Assembly: GCA_019420425.1 (NCBI GenBank)
Contig: JAHZHG010000003.1
Span: 1-35,562 of the forward strand
Direction: 5' to 3'
Source: Clostridiales bacterium
GTDB taxonomy: Bacteria; Bacillota; Clostridia; Lachnospirales; Lachnospiraceae
Length of the DNA stretch: 35,562 nucleotides
Position numbers and translations under genes: made by a program. How positions within the stretch are numbered: position 1 is the stretch's first letter; each line of letters starts with the position of its first letter. Below are positions 16,523-25,026 of the stretch, piece by piece. A model generated the notes under the pieces. The model saw only the letters and a list, made by a program, of their open reading frames with translations, did no database searches and was not told the DNA's origin.

Positions 16523-16687
16523 TAAAGGAAAGTGCTCCGCATTTCCTTTAACATAAAAAGCCTCCGGCAGGATGCGCACGGATGCAAGAGGTATTCTATT
16601 GCTACGCAATATGCATCCGGCGCGGCAAAAATGTGCTTCTGGGAGGTAGATAAAGTCTCAAGGATGTGCGAAGCACATTTTTGTTCT
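16523..16687 (+). repeat. Structured ~165-nt three-hairpin element, copy A
   Basis: Its parts are a P0 hairpin TAAAGGAAA/TTTCCTTTA, the exact 24-mer AAAAGCCTCCGGCAGGATGCGCAC (16556-16579) and a P1 hairpin CGGATGCA/TGCATCCG with an inner ATTGC/GCAAT. These are followed by a linker CGGCGCG, a P2 hairpin with a 14-bp perfect stem (16626-16639 / 16670-16683), and the end TTTGTTCT. The homologous copy B lies on the minus strand at 24858-25026. Confidence 0.8.
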
Positions 16688-16698
16688 AAATAATCCAG

Positions 16699-17169
16699 CT
16701 ATTTATCATAGGAAAATGTCTGCTCAAAAGCGATATTTGCCCGTTCAAAATGAAATTTCTTTTTATCAACCGGCACTTCGGTAAACCCAAACTTTCTGTA
16801 TAGATGAATTGCCTGTTCACATTTTGTATTCGTTACAATAACGATCTTTTCCACACGTCTTTCCTTTGCGTAATCCATACATGCCCGCAAACAGGCGCTC
16901 CCTGCGCCTGTCCCGGTATACATACCTTTGGCACAGAATTTTTCAATTTCCCATTCTCCATTTGGAAGCGGTGCAATCATACAGCACGCTAAAACCTCAT
17001 CCTCTTCATTAATCGCAAAGAAAATCTGCCCGCCGGCTGCGAGCGTCTTTTCAATATTGTTCAGGACAGACAGATCCTCTTCCTCAATGACAAACATTTT
17101 GGAAATCCACTGTTTATTCATCTCAATAAAAGCTGCTTTATATTTGTTCTCATATGGCACTACCTTCAT
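16699..17169 (-). CDS. GNAT family N-acetyltransferase
   Basis: 156 aa. It contains CAKGMYTGTGAGSACLRACMDYAKE (Q/RxxGxG/A-like CoA motif). It lies 1 nt downstream of marR, so they are probably one operon. Confidence 0.8.
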   Translation of the reverse strand: MKVVPYENKYKAAFIEMNKQWISKMFVIEEEDLSVLNNIEKTLAAGGQIFFAINEEDEVLACCMIAPLPNGEWEIEKFCAKGMYTGTGAGSACLRACMDYAKERRVEKIVIVTNTKCEQAIHLYRKFGFTEVPVDKKKFHFERANIAFEQTFSYDK

Positions 17170-17170
17170 C

Positions 17171-17638
17171 CTATCGCTCCTCCTGTAAACCTCGCTCTGC
17201 CTTTCCGCAGTTTTCTAAAATCGCTGTTGCCATATTAAGTGCTTTAATCAGGTCTGTACACTCCTCCTGCCGTAAGGGCTTAATCATATCCCCTACCTGC
17301 TGATTTGACTTTTGAATAAAATCTTTTGTCCGCAGTAAGCCCGCTTCAGTCAAATGAAGCTGGTATGCCCTCGAATCTGTCGCCGATACCCTTCTTGTCA
17401 AGTAACCCTTTTTTTCGTGCGCTCTGATAATCCGGCTTAGATAACTCTTATCGATATTCATTACTTTTGCGATAAACGCGGCATTGCAGCCGTCATTTTC
17501 ATATATTTCAAACAATACGCGTGCCTCTGTAGGGGTATATTCCGAGCCCAAATAATGATTATCCAGCAGACGCAGCAGAGGCATATAAAAACGGTTAAAT
17601 TCCCGTATTCGCTGTACTGCCTTTTCTTTTTCTGACAT
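17171..17638 (-). CDS. MarR family transcriptional regulator
   Basis: Track ORF trimmed to ATG 17638 with a GGAGGAAA SD. PTEARVLFEIYENDGCNAAFIAKVMNIDKSYLSRIIRAHEKKGYLTR is the winged HTH. Confidence 0.85.
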   Translation of the reverse strand: MSEKEKAVQRIREFNRFYMPLLRLLDNHYLGSEYTPTEARVLFEIYENDGCNAAFIAKVMNIDKSYLSRIIRAHEKKGYLTRRVSATDSRAYQLHLTEAGLLRTKDFIQKSNQQVGDMIKPLRQEECTDLIKALNMATAILENCGKAERGLQEER

Positions 17639-17655
17639 GATTTCCTCCAAAAAAT

Positions 17656-17710
17656 TAGTTGACAAAAGCTACTAAATAAGTATAGTGCAAATAGTAGCTT
17701 TTGTCAACTA
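17656..17710 (-). promoter_or_regulatory. Perfect 19-bp inverted repeat enclosing the marR promoter (operator and/or terminator)
   Basis: TAGTTGACAAAAGCTACTA (17656-17674), a 17-nt spacer, then TAGTAGCTTTTGTCAACTA (17692-17710). On the minus strand TTGACA (17707-17702), 17 nt and TATACT (17684-17679) form a near-consensus promoter. The hairpin is followed by ATTTTTT on the minus strand. Confidence 0.6.
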
Positions 17711-17741
17711 TTATTCAGCGTCTATTTCGTTTCGCTGCCGT

Positions 17742-18260
17742 TCAAATGAAGTCTGAAATCTCCTCCAGAGATTTTCTCGTGGTATGCATCCCGCTTGGTT
17801 GTCCCGCTTTCGTATCCGCAGGATAACCGATCGGGAAAATTCCTACAATATCGTATCCTTCCATCTCGGGGAAGCGTTCAATTAGCTTTTTTGGGTTCAC
17901 GCGCCCGACCCAGGTGGTCCCCAGGCCCTGCTCGTGAACGGCAAATAAAATATGTGTTCCTACAATTCCCGCATCCACGTCAGCAAAATTGTGGTTATCT
18001 TCTTCCCGTATCCATGCTTCAGCAAAAGCGGCGCCAAGCACCAGAATAGCAGGCGCACCAAAACCACATTTTGTCGTCTCATTTACTTTTTTAACGCCGC
18101 TTTCTGATTGCACTGCCCAGATATGAAACGGCTGTGCATTTGTTGCAGTAGGCGCACGGTTTGCTGCTTCGATAATTTTCTGAATTTTTTCCTTCTCAAC
18201 CGGCTCCGCCCTGAATGCCCTTACGGAATACCTTTCTCGCGCTAATTCTGCAAACGTCAT
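17742..18260 (-). CDS. NAD(P)H nitroreductase family protein
   Basis: Track ORF trimmed to ATG 18260 with a GGAGGG SD. It contains RYSVRAFRAEPVEKEKIQKIIEAANRAPTATNAQPFH. Confidence 0.85.
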   Translation of the reverse strand: MTFAELARERYSVRAFRAEPVEKEKIQKIIEAANRAPTATNAQPFHIWAVQSESGVKKVNETTKCGFGAPAILVLGAAFAEAWIREEDNHNFADVDAGIVGTHILFAVHEQGLGTTWVGRVNPKKLIERFPEMEGYDIVGIFPIGYPADTKAGQPSGMHTTRKSLEEISDFI

Positions 18261-18306
18261 AATACCTAATCCCTCCATTTTATCATGTGATTTCGTCAGC
18301 GCAAAT

Positions 18307-18648
18307 CTATCGAGTGACAATCTTATCGCCCATATACGTTTGCCCCCATTTATACATTTCCATCAAAATAGGCTTTAATGTTCTTCCATACTCCGTAATG
18401 CTATACTCTGTTTTCGGTGGTACGATAGGATAAACGTTTCTTCTGATAACGCCATCTTCTTCTAACTCCCGAAGCTGCTGAGTCAGCATTTTCGGTGTGG
18501 CTTGCGGCACAAGTCTTTGCAGTTCGCTGTATCGGAGGGTTTTATTCAATAAATTATACAATATAATGGTCTTGTATTTTCCTCCAATAATACTCAATAC
18601 TGCATCAATCGGGCAGTAGTAGGTTGTTCTTCTCTCTTGCTTTGACAA
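18307..18648 (-). CDS. HxlR family transcriptional regulator
   Basis: TTG start 9 nt after GGAGG. It contains CPIDAVLSIIGGKYKTIILYNLLNKTLRYSELQRLVPQATPKMLTQQLRELEEDGVI. Confidence 0.8.
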   Translation of the reverse strand: MSKQERRTTYYCPIDAVLSIIGGKYKTIILYNLLNKTLRYSELQRLVPQATPKMLTQQLRELEEDGVIRRNVYPIVPPKTEYSITEYGRTLKPILMEMYKWGQTYMGDKIVTR

Positions 18649-18785
18649 AATATATAATCCTCCATAACAAAACGTAGGTATATGCGCATTGCCTTTGTAC
18701 TGTTACTAGGAATAGTATAAATAAACAATATTTTAATGTCAACTACGCACTTAAAAGTGCGGTACTATCATAAAAGATAGTATGA

Positions 18786-19646
18786 TTAGTCCTTCTGCTT
18801 CACCGGAATCCAAATCTCACAATAGTAATGCTCATCCATCGTTCCCCTTGGATACTTTGTCGGATCATCATAATACTCCACGCAATACCCCGCGGCAAAT
18901 ACATACTCTCTGAGCGCCGGAAGCCACTCTGTAAAAATCTTTGCATTCACCTCCTGCAATGCATCCGGCATAGCTCCCCTACAGGGAAACACAGCCCAGG
19001 TGAACGCCGGAATTGTCTTTGTAACAAATCCTTCCGGCACATCCATGGCGGGGTTATAGGGATCTGCGATCAGGTATTCAAACGTGTCATGTCCCATCTT
19101 TTCATCGATATTTATCCCATAACACCCCATCACCGTCTTTCCTTTCCCTGTCTGATAATGCTCCTGCCAGAACCGCGGCACGGTAGCTTTTGCTCCTTCA
19201 TACGTGAACACGCTTGCATTTGCAATTACCGTAAACGCCTCTTTTTTTACTATCCGGTAATCCATAAAATATCCTCCTTCTAATGATAGTTTAATCTTCA
19301 GCGGCGCAAAAGATTTCAGCATCACCTGCTCCCGGCGGGCGATGGTCGGCGTTACGCCATGGAACCGGGTAAACGCCCTTGTGAAGCTGTCCGGCGAATC
19401 ATATCCATACTTCAGCGCAATATCGATGATCTTTTCCTCTCCGGCAGCCAGATCATTGCCGGCCAGTGCCAGCCGCCGGTTTCGGATGTACTCTGCAATC
19501 GTAAATCCGCAGAGCATGGAAAACCCTTTCTGAAAGTAGAATGACGAGACATTCACCTGTTCTGCAATCCTGTCCACCGTCAGCTCCTCTGTAATATGTT
19601 CTTCGATATACCGGATTGCTTTTTCAATCGCTTCCATCCACTCCAT
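18786..19646 (-). CDS. AraC-family regulator with a C-terminal GyrI-like effector-binding domain
   Basis: 286 aa. The N-terminal HTH_18 region is IAEQVNVSSFYFQKGFSMLCGFTIAEYIRNRRL...DSPDSFTRAFTRFHGVTP. A GyrI-like half follows. Confidence 0.85.
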   Translation of the reverse strand: MEWMEAIEKAIRYIEEHITEELTVDRIAEQVNVSSFYFQKGFSMLCGFTIAEYIRNRRLALAGNDLAAGEEKIIDIALKYGYDSPDSFTRAFTRFHGVTPTIARREQVMLKSFAPLKIKLSLEGGYFMDYRIVKKEAFTVIANASVFTYEGAKATVPRFWQEHYQTGKGKTVMGCYGINIDEKMGHDTFEYLIADPYNPAMDVPEGFVTKTIPAFTWAVFPCRGAMPDALQEVNAKIFTEWLPALREYVFAAGYCVEYYDDPTKYPRGTMDEHYYCEIWIPVKQKD

Positions 19647-19793
19647 ATTGACTCCACCTCTTTTGTTTCGCTGATCTTATCCTACCAGCTAAAAGGAATC
19701 TGTTCCCGACTATTTTTGCTTTCCTTTGTTTCTTTTTAATCCGTCTATACCGCCCCGCGGTCAGGCTGTCTTGTCATCCGGATTGGGCAGTTT

Positions 19794-20791
19794 TTACGTT
19801 TCTGCCCTCCGCGCATCCCGGTCAGCCTTGCGAAAGGCAAGGGGCGTTGTCTGGTAGGTCTGCCGGAAAACCTTGATAAAGCTGGCACAGCTGGTATAGC
19901 CCACAGCGGCGCTGACCTCCCGGATCTGCATTTTCGTCCCGGCCAGCAGTCTGGCGGCCTCTGCCATGCGACAGCTGCGAATATACTGCCCGATTGTCAT
20001 ATGGTAGCAAAGGGAAAACCCGGCTTCCAGTTTTTGTTTATTGAGATATACCTGCTTACTGAGTATACTTACCGAAGGCGGACTGCAGAGATTCTCCCGG
20101 ATAATTCTGGCCGCCTGATTGATTGCCTGCAGATCGACGCTGCTGTAGGTCAGCGTGCGCTTGCCAAGCTTAGCTGCAGGCGCCGTACCGGCTGTGGAGA
20201 AGCCGCCGTTGATAAGCGCTAAAGTCAGCGTCCCTATGCACTGCATCAGAATCCCCTCCAGCACAAGGGGAGTCAGCGTATCCGCCGCAGTCATTTGCGT
20301 CAGCTGCCACATCGTAGAAACAACGGCCGGCGGCAGGGATGGATACGGAATGTTTTTTTGCAGAGAGGAAAAACCGGCCACACGCGGCTCGATTTTTTCC
20401 AGATATTCCAGGCAGGCAGGGAAAAGTGTGAACTCAATCCCCTTAAAGTGCTGTCCCGCGTTCCCCTTGTATGCTCCTCCCATACCAGAAAAGAGGACGG
20501 GGCTGACGAACGTGAGGGGATCCCCTCTATTTGAAAATTCGTTTTGCCCTCGTAAAAGCATCCAAAACGCAGCTGCTGCTGCGTGCTTTCAAAATCCACA
20601 GAGAAGTCTTTTGAAACCAGGTAGTCTGCAATCGAAAGAATATAATAGCCCGGACGTTCATAGACCAGGACTGTACCATATTCCGGATGCGCCGGGTTCT
20701 CCCACTTTGTACGTCCCTCCTGCACAGAAGGAAGTAAGAACAACTGCTGCAAAATCGTTCGTTGAAATTCGGAATGGGTAAAAAGAGGCAT
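19794..20791 (-). pseudogene. AraC-family regulator split by one frameshift (or an assembly error)
   Basis: The N-terminal frame is MPLFTHSEFQRTILQQ...RFGCFYEGKTNFQIEG (track 20300..20845). The C-terminal frame is ...DPLTFVSPVLFSG...SCRMAEAARLLAGTKMQIREVSAAVGYTSCASFIKVFRQTYQTTP (track 19794..20561). They join at the palindrome GAGGGGATCCCCTC (20514-20527), which contains 4-nt homopolymers. Confidence 0.6.
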
Positions 20792-20890
20792 GGGCATTCT
20801 CCTTTCTTTTATAAAGCATGGCATGGGTCCGGCGGAATAGTTCAAAATTATGTGGAAAATATGTTAAAATTATGCATTTTCAAAACCATA

Positions 20891-20919
20891 TTGTCAACTT
20901 CAAAATCCTATGCTAGAAT
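20891..20919 (+). promoter_or_regulatory. Putative promoter of the iron-siderophore ABC operon
   Basis: TTGTCA (20891-20896), a 17-nt spacer, then TAGAAT (20914-20919), about 70 nt upstream of the start codon. Confidence 0.45.
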
Positions 20920-20988
20920 ATCCGCGAATTAGAGATAACTAACCAAAAATAGTCAACACAAATCCACTTCAAAGAAAGGAAGAACATC

Positions 20989-21918
20989 ATGAAAAAACGT
21001 ATGAATTTTACTGTACTTTGCACTGCTGCGCTGATGCTTGGAGCGATGAGCATGACCGGTTTTGCCGCTGAAGAGGAATCTGCGGAAACGCGCGTAGTGG
21101 ATACGGACAAGGGAGAGGTTGAAATTCCTGCAGATCCCCAGGTGATCGTGTCGGATTATTATCTGGGAGAGCTGCTGGCCGTGGATGTAAAGCCGGTAAT
21201 CGCTTCCCCGTATGCTCTGGCTAATCCTTTCCTTGCAGATAAGATTGACGGTATTCAGGAATTAAATACCGTCAGTGCAGAAACTTCCCTTGAGATGATT
21301 GTGGCCGAGGAGCCTGACCTGATTATTACCATTACAGAAGCCGATTATGAAAAATATTCCGCAATCGCGCCCACGGTATATATCCAGGACGGAAAACGTA
21401 CCGATGAAGAGCTGTTCCGTTACATTGCCGATCTGGTAGGAAAGAGCGAGGAGGCAGACAGCTACATTGCGGATTTCAATGCGCGCGTAGAAGCCGCAAA
21501 GGAGGAAATCCAGGGAATTGTCGGCGATCAGACAGTCTCCATCGTAGAGGTTTGGCCGCAGCAGATCTACACCATGGGCAGCCACTTCGCCAGGGGCGCA
21601 TCCATTCTCTATGATATGTGGGAATTAAAAGCGCCGGAAAAGGTGCAGAAGGAAATGGTAGACGGAGATACGCAGTACGAAGTAGTCTCTCTGGAGGCGC
21701 TGCCGGAATATACCGGTGATTTTATCCTTTATGGCGTTCTGGCCGATACGGATGCTTCCTTCGTTGAGGATTCCCAGATCTGGAACAACCTGGAGGCCGT
21801 AAAGAACGGAAAGGTTCTGGCCTATGAGCAGGTTGCCTTTATGCATCGTGACCCGATCACACTTAACGCCCAGCTGGATATCTTCCTGGATTTCTTCCGC
21901 AGCTTTAAGGAGCAGTAA
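20989..21918 (+). CDS. Iron-siderophore ABC transporter substrate-binding lipoprotein (FhuD/FecB-like)
   Basis: 309 aa with signal MKKRMNFTVLCTAALMLGAMSMTGFA. It has the cluster A-II binding-protein pattern (EPDLIIT...) and is followed by FecCD permeases. Confidence 0.8.
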   Translation: MKKRMNFTVLCTAALMLGAMSMTGFAAEEESAETRVVDTDKGEVEIPADPQVIVSDYYLGELLAVDVKPVIASPYALANPFLADKIDGIQELNTVSAETSLEMIVAEEPDLIITITEADYEKYSAIAPTVYIQDGKRTDEELFRYIADLVGKSEEADSYIADFNARVEAAKEEIQGIVGDQTVSIVEVWPQQIYTMGSHFARGASILYDMWELKAPEKVQKEMVDGDTQYEVVSLEALPEYTGDFILYGVLADTDASFVEDSQIWNNLEAVKNGKVLAYEQVAFMHRDPITLNAQLDIFLDFFRSFKEQ

Positions 21919-22913
21919 TGAAACACAAAACCTCAGTTTTTCTGACCGCAGGCTGTGCGGCCGTGGCGGTGGCTGCAGTGCTGTCCGTTTTGCTTGGCAG
22001 CACACAGATTCCGCCTGAGCAGGTAATCCGTGCAATCCTGCATCCGGATATGAGCGACCACCAGCAGCTGGTGATTCTGGAGCTGCGGATTCCCCGGACC
22101 ATTGGCTGTATGCTGGTGGGCGCCGCGTTCGCCGCTTCCGGAGCCATTATGCAGGGCGTCACCCGAAATCCGCTGGCAGATTCGGGCCTTCTGGGCATTA
22201 ATGCGGGAGCCGCATTTGCCCTGGCCCTGTGCCTTGCTTTTTTGCCGGGAGCAGGCTTTAGTCAGGTTGTATTGTTTTCTTTTCTCGGAGCGGCTGCCGC
22301 CATGGCGCTGCTGTACTGCCTGATGAGCATGAAGCGCAGAAAGCTGGATCCTGTGCGGCTGGTTCTGGGAGGAAGCGCAATCAGCCTTTTTCTTTCCTCC
22401 CTGAGTCAGGCAATTTCCATCTTCTACAATATCGGATATGACCTCACCTTCTGGACGGCAGGCGGGGTGGCAGGTATCCGTGCCCAGCAGCTGTATTTCG
22501 CCGCCCCGGTCATTATTGCCGGACTGGTGATTGCCGTCCTCCTCTCCAGACGGGTAGCTTTGCTCAGCCTTGGAGAGGATGCCGCCAGGGGACTGGGACT
22601 TAACGTGGAACGCTCCCGCATCCAATGTCTCCTCATTGTCCTCCTTCTGGCCGGAGGCGCCGTAGCCCTGGCCGGTCCGGTGGCTTTTGTGGGCCTGATG
22701 GTTCCCCATGTCATGCAATATTTTGTCGGAGCCGACTATCGCTCCGTTATCCCGGCATCCATGGTAGGCGGGGCATTTTTTATGATTGTCGCCGATATTC
22801 TTTCCCGCGTCATCAACGCGCCCAGCGAGACGCCCATCGGTCTGGTTTTTGCCGTGATCGGTGTTCCTTTCTTTATCTGGATCGCGCGGAAAGGAGGGAC
22901 AGACGTTGAGTAA
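21918..22913 (+). CDS. FecCD-family iron-siderophore ABC permease
   Basis: 331 aa and polytopic. It contains LRIPRTIGCMLVGAAFAASGAIMQGVTRNPLADSGLLGINAGAA. The start overlaps the upstream stop (TAATG). Confidence 0.9.
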   Translation: MKHKTSVFLTAGCAAVAVAAVLSVLLGSTQIPPEQVIRAILHPDMSDHQQLVILELRIPRTIGCMLVGAAFAASGAIMQGVTRNPLADSGLLGINAGAAFALALCLAFLPGAGFSQVVLFSFLGAAAAMALLYCLMSMKRRKLDPVRLVLGGSAISLFLSSLSQAISIFYNIGYDLTFWTAGGVAGIRAQQLYFAAPVIIAGLVIAVLLSRRVALLSLGEDAARGLGLNVERSRIQCLLIVLLLAGGAVALAGPVAFVGLMVPHVMQYFVGADYRSVIPASMVGGAFFMIVADILSRVINAPSETPIGLVFAVIGVPFFIWIARKGGTDVE

Positions 22914-23907
22914 TGCAAAAAGAAACCGAAAAACGGCGCTCAACTTTGCCATACTGGCCGCTTTACTCATTTTAGGCATCTGGCTGGACATTAATGCCGG
23001 ATACCGTGAGATCGCCCTTTCTGAGCTTCTGGATATTCTGGCTGGCAAAGGGGAAAAGAGCCTTCGGTATACGCTGATTAACCTGCGGCTGCCCCGTGTA
23101 TTGACCAGTCTGCTGGTGGGGGTTGGCTTGGCCGTTTCCGGCTGTGTAATCCAGAACGTTTCCAGAAATGATATGGCAGAGCCGGGAATCCTGGGCGTAA
23201 ATGCCGGGGCGGGCCTGTTTATCGCTGCCTTTGTGGTATTTGCCCCGGGCGGAAGCTCCATGACCATGGTTCTCCCTCTGCTGGCCTTTGCCGGTTCTGT
23301 CGCCACAGCGCTGGCTGACTACCGCCTGGCCTGCACCCGCACCGGACTGTCCCCCAAACGGCTGCTGCTCATCGGCGTGGCCATGTCCACCGCCATTTCC
23401 AGCGTGACCACCATGCTCATGCTGCGCATGTCGGACAGCGAATATGCCTTTGTGCAAAACTGGCTGTCCGGCAGCATCTGGGGCGCTACCTGGCCTAATA
23501 TCCGGATGCTGGCAGTTGGCCTGCTTTTGCTGGTCAGCTTTGCTTTCTATAAAAGCCGGGATTTAAACGTCCTGAATCTGGGCCGCCAGACAGCCACCGG
23601 CCTTGGCGCCGATGTGCCGAAGCAGACCATAATCCTGCTCGGCGCGGCAGTCGCCATGTCCAGCCTCTGCTGTGCCGTGGGCGGCGGGCTGAGCTTTGTC
23701 GGCCTGGTCTGCCCCCATCTGGCCCGGCGGCTGGTCGGCCCAAACTGCCGGATCCTGCTGCCGGCAACGGTGCTGACCGGCGCGGTGCTTATGGTCTATG
23801 CAGATATTATATCCAGAACGCTACTGTCCCCCAACGAAATCCCGGTGGGAATCGTTGCCTCGGTGATCGGCGCGCCCTATTTTCTGTATCTGCTGATAAA
23901 AACATGA
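22906..23907 (+). CDS. FecCD-family iron-siderophore ABC permease (second subunit)
   Basis: The in-frame TTG at 22906 lies 8 nt after AAGGAGGG and overlaps the previous stop. It contains LRLPRVLTSLLVGVGLAVSGCVIQNVSRNDMAEPGILGVNAGAG. Confidence 0.85.
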   Translation: MSNAKRNRKTALNFAILAALLILGIWLDINAGYREIALSELLDILAGKGEKSLRYTLINLRLPRVLTSLLVGVGLAVSGCVIQNVSRNDMAEPGILGVNAGAGLFIAAFVVFAPGGSSMTMVLPLLAFAGSVATALADYRLACTRTGLSPKRLLLIGVAMSTAISSVTTMLMLRMSDSEYAFVQNWLSGSIWGATWPNIRMLAVGLLLLVSFAFYKSRDLNVLNLGRQTATGLGADVPKQTIILLGAAVAMSSLCCAVGGGLSFVGLVCPHLARRLVGPNCRILLPATVLTGAVLMVYADIISRTLLSPNEIPVGIVASVIGAPYFLYLLIKT

Positions 23908-23920
23908 AGGAGAGACGCAT

Positions 23921-24709
23921 ATGAATACGGTTTTAGCCGGAAAAGGTATTTCCGTAGGCTATCAGCAAAATATCATTATCCCCATGATGGATGTCCAGAT
24001 TCCCCAAGGAAAAATCACCTCCATTATCGGCCCCAACGGCTGCGGAAAATCAACGCTGTTAAAGGCGCTCTCCCGTATGCTCCCGGTCAAAAGCGGAGAG
24101 ATCATCCTAGACGGAAAAAGGATCGCCGAGCTGCCCACCGTAGAAATTGCCCGGAAAATGGCCATCCTGCCCCAGGCCCCCCAGGCGCCTTCCGGGCTGA
24201 CGGTTTCCGAGCTGGTGGCCTATGGCCGCTATCCGCACCAAAAAGGCTTTGGCCGGCTGCGCAGTGAGGATCATGAGGCCATTCGCTGGGCGCTAAGCAT
24301 TACCCACATGGAAGAATTTGCCGAGCGCAATATCGACGCACTCTCCGGCGGTCAGCGCCAGAGGGCCTGGATCGCCATGGCCCTGGCCCAGGATACGCCG
24401 GTCATCCTGCTGGACGAGCCCACCACCTATCTGGATATGGCCCATCAGCTAGAGGTGCTGGAGCTTTTGGAAGATCTGAACAGAAAAGAAAAAAAGACCA
24501 TCGCCCTCGTCATCCACGACCTGAACCTGGCCGCCCGTTTCTCCGACTGGCTGATCTGTATGCGGGCCGGAAAGGTCATGTACGAGGGTTCCCCGGAGGA
24601 AATCATGACCGAACGCATGATGGCAGACGTATTTTCCCTGAAAGCCTGCATCAGCAAGGATCCCTGGACGGGGAAACCGATGTGTATCAGCTATGAATTG
24701 AATAAATAA
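23921..24709 (+). CDS. Iron-siderophore ABC transporter ATPase (FhuC/FecE-like)
   Basis: Walker A GPNGCGKST, signature LSGGQRQR and Walker B ILLDEPT are present. Confidence 0.9.
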   Translation: MNTVLAGKGISVGYQQNIIIPMMDVQIPQGKITSIIGPNGCGKSTLLKALSRMLPVKSGEIILDGKRIAELPTVEIARKMAILPQAPQAPSGLTVSELVAYGRYPHQKGFGRLRSEDHEAIRWALSITHMEEFAERNIDALSGGQRQRAWIAMALAQDTPVILLDEPTTYLDMAHQLEVLELLEDLNRKEKKTIALVIHDLNLAARFSDWLICMRAGKVMYEGSPEEIMTERMMADVFSLKACISKDPWTGKPMCISYELNK

Positions 24710-24857
24710 TGCATTTCCCCGGTTGGATTTCCCGGCGCCTGGATATTGCCCCGGTACGCATGGGCAGTTCTAATTATAGCGGCGTCTGGGAATCCTCAAC
24801 ATAAAATACTATATGTATTACGCAGCGCTTTCTCTGTAGTTAATTCCATGATACCAG

Positions 24858-25026
24858 AGAACAAAGTGGGCAAGCCCACATCAACTCCCCCACCCCTCAA
24901 TCTTGAGGGGCTTGCGCACTTTGCGCGCCGAGCATGGTCAGTTTCAGCTGACATCTTCCTCTCATGCAAGTGCGCATCCTGCCGGAGGCTTTTGTATCAT
25001 AGGAAAATGCGGAGCAGTTTCCTATG
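24858..25026 (-). repeat. Structured ~165-nt three-hairpin element, copy B
   Basis: Read on the minus strand, its parts are a P0 hairpin CATAGGAAA/TTTCCTATG, the identical 24-mer (rc of 24970-24993) and a P1 hairpin GCATG/CATGC with an inner GTCAG/CTGAC. These are followed by a linker CGGCGCG, a P2 hairpin CAAAGTGCGCAAGCCC/GGGCTTGCCCACTTTG (one mismatch), and the end TTTGTTCT. Confidence 0.8.

Noticed and set aside
16572-16649. 25-codon ORF starting at the ATG inside the conserved 24-mer of the structured element, with a 26-codon counterpart in copy B
   Set aside because: No SD is present. The two peptides share only MRT..RG. The conserved nucleotide linker CGGCGCG is read in different frames in the two copies, so conservation is at the nucleotide or structure level.
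16523-16687. The idea that the structured element is a group II intron fragment or an IS200/IS605-type end
   Set aside because: I saw no GUGYG 5' end, no domain V-like hairpin, no reverse transcriptase, TnpA or TnpB ORF nearby, and only about 165 nt of similarity. The idea is not excluded and needs database searches.
20920-20988. Looked for a Fur box between the promoter and the iron-siderophore binding-protein gene
   Set aside because: Only a weak AT-rich near-dyad (TTAGAGATAACTAA) is present, with no convincing match to GATAATGATAATCATTATC. Regulation is more likely through the adjacent AraC-type gene.
21933-23306. 457-aa minus-strand ORF opposite the two FecCD permease genes
   Set aside because: Its composition is Arg/Gly/Ser/Pro/His-rich and low in complexity. 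It is fully antisense to two genes with clear family motifs, a typical shadow ORF of GC-rich membrane-protein genes.
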